From Antedon mediterranea (lineage: Eukaryota; Animalia; Echinodermata), in contig NC_092671.1 of assembly GCF_964355755.1 (NCBI RefSeq), positions 40,000,304 to 40,064,303 of the forward strand: a stretch of 64,000 nucleotides of DNA, in the 5' to 3' direction. A program made the translations under genes and the position numbers. The notes beneath the pieces were generated by a model, which ran no database searches, was not told the origin of the DNA, and worked only from the letters and a program-made list of their open reading frames with translations. Shown piece by piece: positions 53,361 to 64,000 of this stretch. The first letter of the stretch is position 1. Each line of letters starts with the position of its first letter.

Positions 53361-56300
53361 ATGGAGTCAGAACAACTAGCTACGAACTCAAACTTACCAG
53401 CAGCCATGGATAAGCAGCTGGATGTCTTAATGCATAATAGAGGCAAGTCATTAATACATTATAAGTTACCCAGCCCCGGCAGCGCCCCGGCAGACTCTGT
53501 CTGTGAGATGGGGTAGGCCTACCCCTGAGATGTGTAAGGTTGATTGAGGAAGAGAGTGAACAACCACCGCGGACAGATCGGGATCCAGTCAAGTCGCCCC
53601 ATCGCAAAGTCGCCCATACAAAGTCGCCCAATACAAAGTCGCCCCATCGCAAAGTCGCCCCAAAACAAAGTCGCCCCGGCACAGTCGCCCCATCTCAAAG
53701 TCGCCCCATTACAAAGTCGCCCCATCGCAAATTCGCCCCATCGCAAAGTCGCCCCAACGCAAAGTCGCCCAATCGCAAAGTCGCCCACGGTTTTAATCAT
53801 ATCGGTTGCGTTTGATGATATCGATTGCGTTGTTATGCACTTGTCAATTGTATGACCCACTATACGACCCCCGGGAGAGGTGCGTCATTTGTCCGATGTG
53901 CGTCATACTTTTGAATACCATGACGCACCCGTGCGTCAAAAAGGTGACTTACCTTTAGGTGACCATGACGCACCCATTTTGACGCACTGTGACCATGTTG
54001 TTTATGATATGGTGGGTGGTAAAGTGACGGACCTTGACACACCTTGTTCATTGATGTGACGTACCATCTAGGTTTTTTGACGCACCCCTGCGTCAGTAAT
54101 TATTTGTAAATGACGCACCCATGACGCACCTCTCCCGGGGGTCGTATAGTGAGTCATACAATTGACAAGTGCATTACTTTGGTCGCGCTAAATGTCGTAT
54201 ACATTAATGTTTATCCTATTATATACATAATATGTGTTTTAATTTGTATTTTACAGGTTTTAATGGAGTGATGTGCTTTTTAAAAATCATTAAAAAAATA
54301 GTCCCTTGTTTGAAAGTTTTAAAAAGATTATCCCTGATTTATAGTTTCGAAAATGTTAATTTAATATGATTTTAAAATTAGTTACCAGAGCCACAATTAC
54401 AATTTCTTCAACCTACGCGATACCAGCTCATTTTTTAGGATAATAGCCTATAATAAATGTATAAATGTGTAGTAGGCCTTCGTATAGATTTACAGTAGTT
54501 AAAACAATAACAGTGTTGTAAGACGAGTGTTATAGGCTACTTATTGATCATTTTGCATTTATTGACAAGTTATGTGTCTTAATTTTATAATGACTTTTCA
54601 AAATGAAGAAAAAAAGGGGATTTCATCGCCGATATGATTGTTTTACATGCAGGTATTAGTAAAATTAAAACGCGACATTTTGACCATGGAAAAACCATCG
54701 TACAGTATCGTGTGCGTGTTTTTTAAAAAGGGGAATCCCCGACGGTCAGCAGAAAGACGTAGCAGCTGTGAGGAAACAGATACCAGAAGGCGCAGCTCCG
54801 ATTGGATTCAGAGAATGTTTCAGATGGCGAGTCGCCTTTTATTCAACAGCACAATGATCATTTTACTGAAGAAATTTATTTCAATCCTTTTGGTTATAGA
54901 ACATTCTAATTATAATGCCTAATAAATATCCTCATATCAGGTGTTTATTTAATTTTAAATTAAACAAGACAGTGAAGAGGCACGGAATAATACGTACACG
55001 GACGTACGACAAATACACACACGCACGTTATCATTTACGACATATAGTGGTGATATGATGCAATTTTATAATGGGATATAATGATGGGATTGCCTTTCCA
55101 GGAGTCTTACAATCAATGTTCACTGTAATACTATGTATATAATAGTAAACTGAATGTTTATAAATAAATTGTTTTACGTAATTTGTTGCATATAAAATAA
55201 AAGACACAGACGTAGCCTACGTTTCCTATAAAATATTTCACATTTAAATAATTATGTACTGTTAAATGACATTATGCTGGATAATACTATATCTTAAACT
55301 ATGTTTACAAATTGTCATTTTTTAAGCCACACATCTTTCTCATCATAGGCCTACTGACCTGTAAAATAAAAACAAAAATCAATTATTAATATAGGCCTAA
55401 TAATAATAATAAATATTCATCGACCAAAGTAAAAATAATCTAGATCGTATAACATCATTTTATCGCGACCGATTTCGAACGCGACTGATGATATCATCGT
55501 AAAACTCCGGCGGGGTTTCCCCATCTTCAGATGGTGCGTTGTAGAGTGCGACAACGGCAACGGCGGAGTAATTACGGGGGTTTCCCTCTGGTAAGCTAGC
55601 ACGTTAGAGTGCGACCGCGGAGTGCGACCGAGTGATTAGTCGGGGGCTTCCTCTCTGATATGGGGGTGCGTGCCGATTGTGTGACCTGAGACTACATGGC
55701 GGGGCTTCCCCTTTTTATGCCTACACGTTCTGTGTTATTTTGTGTATCATTGCAACATTTTACGCACTTGTAAACTATTTTTTAACGTTTTGGGGCGACT
55801 TTGCGTTGGGGCGACTTTGTGATGGGGCGACTTTGCGATGGAGCGACTTTGCGTTGGGGCGACTTTGCGATGGGGCGACTTTGTTTTGGGGCGACTTTGC
55901 GATGGGGCGACTGTGTAAGGGGCGACTTTGTATGGGGCGACTTTGCGATGGGGCGACTTGACTAGCATCCGACAGATCTGGCCTGGATGGCTCTTATTTG
56001 TTATATAGGCCTAGCTTATTGATAGTAGAGTAGACTAAGTCAATGTTATGATAATCTTGCTGTTATCTCTGGATATTCATTTTATAAAAATAAACTGCAT
56101 TATTAAACTCTCTCTCTCACTTTAAAATATATAAATATATATTATCATTTTATTGGTGATCAATTTATTTTTTAGATGGTTCTCTTATTCTTGGTGCATC
56201 TAGTTTAACTGGTCGATATTGGGCTGGTTCATTATGGTTCTATGAAGATCCAAATAATGCCCCAACAATCGAACGCAGCAGTGCTGGTGTGCAAACTGAG

Positions 56301-59175
56301 GCTGGTGTAACAGACATTGTATGGATAGATGAGTTACGAGTTGCAGTCGCTTCAGACACTGGTAGGTTGAATCGTTAAATGCATACGTTTTCCTCCTAAT
56401 GTTTTGCTATATTATCTTAGAATGTAATTAAACATAAGATATATATTTGTTCAACTTGTTTTACATATATATTTTTATTTGATCATTTAAATGCATTTTT
56501 TCGTCAGGTGCTGTTGAGATTTGGCAACTTATCGATAGCAGAAGCTCATTCAAAAATCTCTTCTACTTATTTGAACATCATGAAACTGTGAACTCTGTCA
56601 AAATAAATTCTAATAGAACAAGACTCGCAAGTGGCAGTGCTGATTGTCTGTAAGATTACTAACATTGTCAATTGTTAGTTCTAGATAAAAATCATTTAAT
56701 TTGAATGTAAAATCGTGAGGTAATTTCCGGTATGATCGTAATCAAAACGGTACTGGGTTTGGTCTACTAGCGTTCCTGCTCCCAACCAGTCATCCATTCA
56801 TAGAAGCCTTAATGAAGAAAGCCTACCTGGTGGTGGCCATAGAACGGTCCCGAGATAATGACTATACTTCAGTTTTAGTCGATAAAAGATTGAAATATTG
56901 TTAGAGATATAGTATACGATGTTTGATTATGTGTAGATGTGTGATTTGTTCTATTATTCAATAGTATAGTCGTTATCTCGGGACCGTTCTATGGCCACCA
57001 CCAGGTAGGCTTACTTCATTAAGCCTTCTATGAATGGATGACTGGTTGGGAGGAGGAACGCTAGTAGACCAAACCCAGTATCGTTTTGATTACGATCAAT
57101 CAGGAAATTACTTCACGATGAAACCTTCTCAATTTTAAAACAAACGCTTGCAATGTGCTGGGTTGCATTTGTTAAGAAATTTGTTCACTGAATGATACCC
57201 TGAAGTGAAGTGTTCCCTAACGTTTAACCAATGTTTTTTTTTCAGAATAAAGATTTGGGATGTTGCTGGCCAATGCTCAACAGGTACATACCATGCTCAT
57301 ACAGCACCAGTAGAAAAGGTAGCATGGAGTCCAGTGGAATTAGAAGTGTTTGCCTCATGTTCTCAAGTAAGTGTAATGCATGCCATACTCACACATCACT
57401 TGCCTCATGTTCTCAAGTAAGTGTAATGCATGCCATACTCACACATCACTTGCCTCATGTTCTCAAGTAAGTGTAATGCATGCCATACTCACATCACTTG
57501 CCTCATGTTCTCAAGTAAGTGTAATGCATGCCATACTCGCACATCACTTGCCTCATGTTCTTAAGTAAGTGTAATGCATGCCATACTCACACATCACTTG
57601 CCTCATGTTCTCAAGTAAGTGTAATGCATGCCATACTCACACATCACTTGCCTCATGTTCTCAAGTAAGTGTAATGCATGCCATACTCACACATCACTTG
57701 CCTCATGTTCTCAAGTAAGTGTAATGCATGCCATACTCACACATCACTTGCCTCATGTTCTCAAGTAAGTGTAATGCATGCCATACTCACACATCACTTG
57801 CCTCATGTTCTCAAGTAAGTGTAATGCATGCCATACTCACACATCACTTGCCTCATGTTCTCAAGTAAGTGTAATGCATGCCATACTCACACATCACTTG
57901 CCTCAAAAAGGTACAGTAGAGAGTGATGTCCAATTTTGGATTGATTGATTGATTGATTTTATTCGATATTCATACATAAAAGTTAAAATATACAATGTAT
58001 AAAAGAGAATACCTGGATAACCCATTAAGTCGACAAAAAAGTAAACTTATTTCCAATGGGGTCCAATCCGTAATGACTGAAAAGTGAGTGGTTGGGCCTA
58101 GTACAATTATCATTAAGTATGACTCAGTAAAAATGAAAAAAACAAGAAAATACATACAAGACAAGATAACATAAAAAAAACAATATTAAAAATAACTTAA
58201 TTAAACTGAAATTCCAAGTATGCTGGTTAATCATTCAGCTAGATCAGTATTGATATTTAATAGCTCCTTTTTTCCAACAATATTCAGGATGGACGCGTTT
58301 TGCTCTGGGACACAAGGAAACCTAAGCCTGCCTTCAAAGTTGACCAAAGCCCTTTGTACTCTCTACCCACTTCATTGGCATGGAAGCCTGGTGAAACAGC
58401 AGTCATTGCTATAGGTATACTACAATTTAAATAGAAATATTTTTACAGATATTTATTCTAATGTAAAATAATGAAATTGTTATTTTATATTTAAATACTT
58501 TATTCATATTTTAGGTGATGAGACTGGTCACATAGTGTTAAAGGATATCCGTAATGCGAATGGAATGATTAAAGACTGTAAATCACATACTAGAGCAGTC
58601 CATAGACTTGCATTTTCACCAAAAAAGTAAGGTTACTAAAAACGATATCAAGTTGAGATATTATTATTATAAATGACAGTATTTTAACATATTTACAAAA
58701 TATTATGTAGTTGTTATGTTAATTGATGATGATTTATTAAAATGTATGAGGGTTTTTTTTATAGTGGAACTTGGTTGGCATCTGTGTCAGATGATAGCAC
58801 AGCCGTTGTTACTGATATGGCAAATGAGCCGAGACAAATGTAAGTCACAAATGCAGATCATTATACATTAGTTAACATTAGCTTGAACTCATTTATTTAT
58901 AAAACTCAAGTTATTTGTACTGTATATTTGTATATATAATATAAAACTAATATTTTCTATATCTGCTTTATTTCTTCAGTTACCGTAGTTACAGCCATAA
59001 TGACTTTGTACGTGGGTTGTCATGGGACCCTCTTAGCAACAAGCTATTTACGTGTGGATGGGATAAACAAGTTTGCACGCATGTTGTGACAATGCCAGCT
59101 GATGATAGAATGGACATAAGTACACCAGCAGCCAGTTACAGCAGTAAGGTTAAAGGTCATACAACTAAGAGCTAA
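53361..59175 (+). CDS. WDR77: Methylosome protein 50 / WD repeat protein 77 (~346 aa)
   Basis: Exons 53361-53442, 56176-56361, 56508-56649, 57246-57366, 58288-58414, 58515-58626, 58765-58839, 58980-59175 join in frame (1041 nt). [73 protein letters not shown] and [15 protein letters not shown] match MEP50. Intron 1 has the donor AG|GCAAGT. Confidence 0.95.
53580..55970. mobile_element. 2.4-kb non-autonomous foldback-like DNA transposon (Merlin- or MULE-like) in WDR77 intron 1
   Basis: Perfect 8-bp TSD GACAGATC (53572-79 and 55971-78). GG..CC termini. TIRs of ~190-200 bp are built from tandem ~16-bp AAAGTCGCCCCATCGC units (53590-53786, inverted at 55790-55960). No transposase ORF. Confidence 0.85.
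53836..54173. mobile_element. MITE nested in the foldback element (PIF/Harbinger-type TSD)
   Basis: ~53-bp TIR TGCACTTGTCAATTGTATGAC..GGGAGAGGTGCGTCAT, TTA on both flanks, internal repeated TGACGCAC motifs. Confidence 0.8.
56712..57119. mobile_element. Long-arm inverted-repeat (foldback/MITE) element in WDR77 intron 3
   Basis: Arms 56712-56867 and 56962-57119 are near-perfect reverse complements (~155 bp) around a ~95-bp loop. No clear TSD. Confidence 0.85.
57350..57905. repeat. Tandem repeat, 50-bp unit x11, spanning the WDR77 exon 4 / intron 4 junction
   Basis: TTGCCTCATGTTCTCAA|GTAAGTGTAATGCATGCCATACTCACACATCAC. Confidence 0.97.
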
Positions 59176-59899
59176 TGACCTACATTGACCTACTTGTATA
59201 TGTTTAGCTAGTTCTCTCCAATGGTTAACGTTAAACCATACCACATTAATAAACACATACATACATCTGTAAATTACGGCTGCAATGATTTTTACTATTT
59301 TTAATGTTATACAAAAATAATGAGTCCAACTTGTAGAGTAAGTGTGTACTTTTGTTTAGTAAATATAAGTGGTAGTCATTAATAAGGAACTTATAAAGAT
59401 GAGACTAATTTAAAACTGATTATTTATTTGGCCTGATGATGATGTACTGTAGCATTCCATTCACGACATATGAAAAATGTATTTATTCGCAGTCTTTTAA
59501 AAACTAAACACATGTTTATATGTTACATTGCCTTGATCAGAAAGTGCTGTGGTGCACTTCCAACACCCTTGGTGAAAATGGGTACAGAAATGGTTATATA
59601 GACATTTTGGATAAAGTGATATCCAATCTACTGTATTCTGCACTCAACAAGCAATACCTGCAGTAAACAATGGTTGAAAGTATTATGGGATGCCTACTTT
59701 AATAGCAACTTGTAGGAAGATAAGATAACTTTATTTCGTCCACAAACAAGTGGAAATAATGGAAGGATGATTAACTGTTTCAAATGTATATTAAATGTTG
59801 TAAACAAGGTTTTAATAAAAGCTTAATTCCTGTAAAGTGTATTTGTGAAACGATTCATTTAATCTCAAGAATCATCTCGTATAGGCCTACAATCATTGT

Positions 59900-60118
59900 C
59901 ACAAAACATTCTTTAAGAGCGTAGAGCCAAAAATCAGTGGGGTCAGAGATCTTTTTACGTTGCAGCCTCAAGTGTATGGAACAGTTTACCGTTAACAGTT
60001 TCAAGACCAAACTGAAGACGTTGCTATTCACTGATTTACTCGCACGTTGCTAATGCACAAAGCGCCATGAACTTCACATGGTTGGGGGCGCTATATAAGT
60101 TGTCATTTATTATTATTA
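59900..60118 (+). mobile_element. Degenerate L2-like LINE 3' end
   Basis: WGQRSFYVAASSVWNSLP / FKTKLKTLLF remnants, terminal stem-loop AGCGCC..GGCGCTATATAA and (TTA)n tail. Confidence 0.7.
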
Positions 60119-61095
60119 AGAAATGTTAGAGCCTTTTTTGTGATGGTCCAAAAAAACGTTAAACAGAAAAGACAAACCAGAATCTACGTTTTGCTTCTTT
60201 CAAATTTATTCCAACCCACAGTTTGAATTTAAAATAGACTTCTTGAAAAATTCATTGAATGAATTGATCATTGGAAGCACAAAGAATAAATGCTGCAAGG
60301 CATAGCCTTTAAAGTTATTACTATTACGAGAATAAAGTTAAATGAGATCAAAATTAATTTGAATCTAAACATCTTCTTGCACAAAAAAAACATTAATACC
60401 TTATTATGCTATTCAACATTGCATGTTGATATAAATTATTCTAATAGAGGAATATAAATATATAATATTAAATTTAAGACTAAATTTATCTCACTAAGAA
60501 GAATATATTTATTCAAACTATGGGTTATTTCTTGCAGGCAAACCAGGTTTCAACGTATTTTATGTAAAATATAATGAAAAATATTCATATTATTCACTTT
60601 ATCATTAAAAAGCTATCGTTATCAACTTAATTTGTTAAAACATGATTTAAAATGGTTACCACTTGACAGACGTTTATTTGTTTTGTTTATGTTTTGAAAT
60701 TCATTGACTTATAAGAAATGTATTAATAGATCAGTTCAGTTAGTTTATATTTATGTGTATCATTTTGTCTATTTGAATGTTGAAATGTGGTTTACCCATG
60801 CTGCTTCTTTCACTCCTATCTTTAACATACAATTGGTTAATTTGAAACTATCTTCAACTTTTTTAATTCTTATTTTTTGACATCACTGGAACAACCTCTC
60901 TAAACATTCAATTTAAATTAATAAATAATGTTATATTTTTTTAAAATAAAAGAATCACTTCTGTTTTATCACTTTACTGAATTATAGTTAGTATAATATT
61001 ATAATTTGTTTTTAAATCAATAGGGGTTACCCCGGTGTACTAGTATACTTACAGGCACTGATCATACTGTGCCCTCTGGGAGACCAGTCTTACTG

Positions 61096-61207
61096 AAGAG
61101 GTCACCCAGTATAAAGAGGTCACCCAGTATAAAGAGGTCACCCAGTATAAAGAGGTCACCCAGTATAAAGAGGTCACCCAGTATAAAGAGGTCACCCAGT
61201 ATAAAGA
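61096..61207. repeat. Minisatellite, 18-bp unit x6, just downstream of the SND1 stop
   Basis: GAGGTCACCCAGTATAAA tandem. Confidence 0.95.
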
Positions 61208-61325
61208 ATAAATAAATAATAATTAAATCAATATTAAAATACAGGTTAGTCTGTAATAATTTAATGATACAATTGTTTGGGTAATGTCAAGAGAGGGCGG
61301 TACCAGTGTGTCCATGGATACTACA

Positions 61326-64000
61326 TTAATATCCTTGGTAACCAAATTCCTTGGCGTCATCTTCAGTGATGTCACCATAGCGCCACAAATTCAACTGTAA
61401 GATAAAAGAAATGAAAAGTACAAATATCGTAACTTTAAAATATGGAGAAAGTACAAATATCGTAACTTTAAAATATGAGAAATTACAAGCGTTAAGCTTT
61501 CTTGTCTACACTTTCAAACTGTATGTGCCAAAAAAATGTGATGTGCCCATATATGGACATGATGATGTCATATCACTACGATATTTTGGCACATCACACT
61601 TTTTTGGTCAAACTAGTTTGATAGTGTAGATATAGTTGAGTGATTATAAAAAGACTCGTGTAAATGCATGTTTTGGGGAAGGCCTACTGTTCTTTGAATA
61701 AACACTAACAATGTCTTAGAACCTTTTCATTGGGACACTAATTAACCATTTTAAAACATACATTAAAATAAACTTACATGGCTTTTCTTGGCGGCATCTT
61801 GCGCTTTGATGTATTCTTCAACCAATTTCTGAAGTCGCTTCTCACGTCGTGCTTCAACAATCAACAACCCTTCTGAAACTAATTCTTTTGTGATATCATT
61901 ACGTGCCTCGGACGTCAACAACGTGACAAACTCCTGGCCAGTCACACGGTATTCAGTGTTGGCTACAAATGGTTGGTCTAAAATGCGACTCTTCAGGGCC
62001 TCTATAGCTTCTATACTCGCTTCTTCCTATAATATAAATAAAATATTTTGTTATACATATGTTAAAATGTTATACTTATAGCTACCTTATTATAGTACTA
62101 TCTCTCTCTCTCTCTATAAATGTTTTCCGTCATTCCGATGTTATGCTTTCCACGATTTGTTTCCATATTTTTCTGTTTCGGACAGGATGGTTTGTTCTTG
62201 TGCTAAAGTCTACATTTCTTTCCTAAATTTTTTTTATCCAGTTTTCTTTTGCTGCATACTATTTGCTATTGTTTTGTATTATAAACTTTATATATATAAA
62301 CTTTATTTTGCAAATTCAATGCATATAAAAATAACATGGGAGTATCAAAATTATAAAGTAGTAAAAGGTTAATGTAAAATGCCAGACAATTTGGAATTAA
62401 AAAGCAGTTTATCACACAGTTTTCACAATCATATTATTAGATAAATTAATTACGTAACAAAAAACTATAAATAGACTTAAAATAAACATTGTACATACAT
62501 CTTTAGGTAGAGTAACCATTGCTAAGGTATAGTAATGTGCTTGGGGTGGTAGGGTGTGGTATCCTGGAGGTAGTGCTATCAAATCACTAATAGGTAGCTG
62601 GTCTTTCTGTTGAAATAAACAAAATAACATTATGTATGAAAATTAATTGAAAAATACATTTGTACTTTACTACTTGCTAAGGAAAAATGTGTTCAAAACC
62701 AAAAACAATTCAATCAAAAATTGCATTACAGTATTTAGTAGAAATCTTGTGATATGCTTAACAATGTTACAAATTTCATAAATGTTTAAATCAATGGCTC
62801 TAGCATAAAATTGCTTACATTTCCATAATCAATGAACAGAATTGAAGCCTTCTCCTTTAGTACACTTTCAACTTTACCACGATACCACTCGCCGTCGATG
62901 TACTTAGCAGCGCACATATCACCCTGTCTTGGCGTGTAAGACCCAGGTAGAGGAGGGTCATTTGTTATCTCAGCACGTAGTTGATCCATTAACTTTTCAA
63001 GTTGAGGACCTAATAAATATAATGAAAGAAAGGAATAACACCACAAAAGTTAAATAACTAATATCAATATATGAAAATTATCTTTTATTTCTAATCTAAT
63101 ATTAAACTCTCATTCACTCCCGTTTATCCTAGTTTTTTTTCTTCAGTAATTTGCCTTTTCTAGACAAATAAAATATTAGTACAATACAATGGTATCTGTA
63201 ATAAAACAGACAAGATAAAGTTAAATATTTCATACAATGCGATGGTAAAAATCTGAAAATGAACTGACCAGTTTCAGCATGTTGAGCATAGAAGCTTAGA
63301 TCCTTTGCATACTCCGTCACTATCACTGACTTGTAGTTAGTTTTTCTTTCAGTCTCCTCAACAACTGTCACTGTTGTTTGTTCAACAAAGTTTTCCCAAA
63401 CCTATATGTGGGGATTAAAAAACATGTGGTATTATCTACATTAAAACATTAACTGTTGTCGCTTCAATAAAGTCTTCCAAAAACCTGTGTGTTGTTATCT
63501 ACATTATTATACATTAACTGTTGTCGCTTCAATAAAGTCTTCCAAAAACCTGTGTGTTGTTATCTACATTATTATACATTAACTGTTGTCGCTTCAATAA
63601 AGTCTTCCAAAAACCTGTGTGTTGTTATCTACATTATTATACATTAGTTTGTATTTATTCATTTCTGTATAAAAATTTAAATTACACAACAGCAGTCAAA
63701 AGACTGAATATATTGTTTCACATACAAATTCCACAAAATATTCCAAAGAAAAAAACTTTAAAAGCATGAAAATTCAAAAAAATAAATGCGAACTCGCAAA
63801 TTCATTAACATCTAATTTTTTTAAAGTAATATTTTAGCTTGTTAATAATGCTATTGAAATAGTTTTCACAGAATTGTTAATTAAACACTGTTACTTCAGT
63901 ATTCAGTTACCTTCAACTTGGTTTTCTTGGCAGCTTCTTCCACAACTTGTAGTTGAGCGTAGTAGTTAGAACGTTCGGCGGTGAAATGAACCTTTGATAA
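61326..64000 (-). CDS. SND1: Staphylococcal nuclease domain-containing protein 1 (Tudor-SN), 3' part; 5' part lies outside the window
   Basis: Exons >64000-63911 (LSKVHFTAERSNYY), 63401-63269, 63009-62819 (Tudor: CAAKYIDGEWYRGKV..FIDYGN), 62606-62499, 62026-61778, 61394-61326 (LNLWRYGDITEDDAKEFGY, TAA). Phases are consistent. Confidence 0.97.
61495..61637. mobile_element. MITE family A
   Basis: Diverged TIRs and family core; in the last SND1 intron. Confidence 0.75.
63432..63646. repeat. Tandem repeat, 65-bp unit x~3, in an SND1 intron
   Basis: ACATTAACTGTTGTCGCTTCAATAAAGTCTTCC.., period 65. Confidence 0.9.

Noticed and set aside
53380-53860. Overlapping repetitive ORFs (also 55677-55968, 32407-32746, 57231-57568, 18173-18400, 27688-27924, 28683-28913)
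   Set aside because: These are translations of tandem repeats or TIR arrays that lack stops by composition.
54638-54922. ORF inside the foldback element as a transposase remnant
   Set aside because: No DDE, zinc-finger or other recognisable motif in any frame I read.
61313-61337. CATGGATA..TATCCTTG quasi-palindrome over the SND1 stop as another P-like footprint
   Set aside because: No flanking direct repeat, and the arms are imperfect.

Overview
This is AT-rich, intron-rich animal genomic DNA. The protein sequences suggest a non-vertebrate animal, possibly a deuterostome; the taxon is not determined. Hand splicing gives four host genes. (1) An uncharacterised ~48-kb minus-strand gene (47897->187, up to 15 exons, ~760 aa, Pro/Ser-rich) whose 11 consecutive internal exons are all phase 1-1 and whose introns carry several RFX X-boxes. 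(2) ATP5PB (ATP synthase Fo subunit b), minus strand, 8 exons. (3) WDR77/MEP50, plus strand, 8 exons with a GC-AG first intron, head-to-head with ATP5PB as in human. (4) The 3' part of SND1/Tudor-SN, minus strand, tail-to-tail with WDR77. Introns are crowded with mobile DNA: a 5'-truncated CR1/L2-group LINE with an open RT frame, Rex/RTE/L2 fragments, ~15 copies of one TWA-TSD MITE, a non-autonomous Helitron, a 2.4-kb foldback-like element with an 8-bp TSD and a nested MITE, tiny P-element-like excision footprints, and at least 8 tandem arrays. No prokaryotic-type system (CRISPR, retron, DGR) is supported. All gene models and counts are manual and need RNA-seq or database confirmation.
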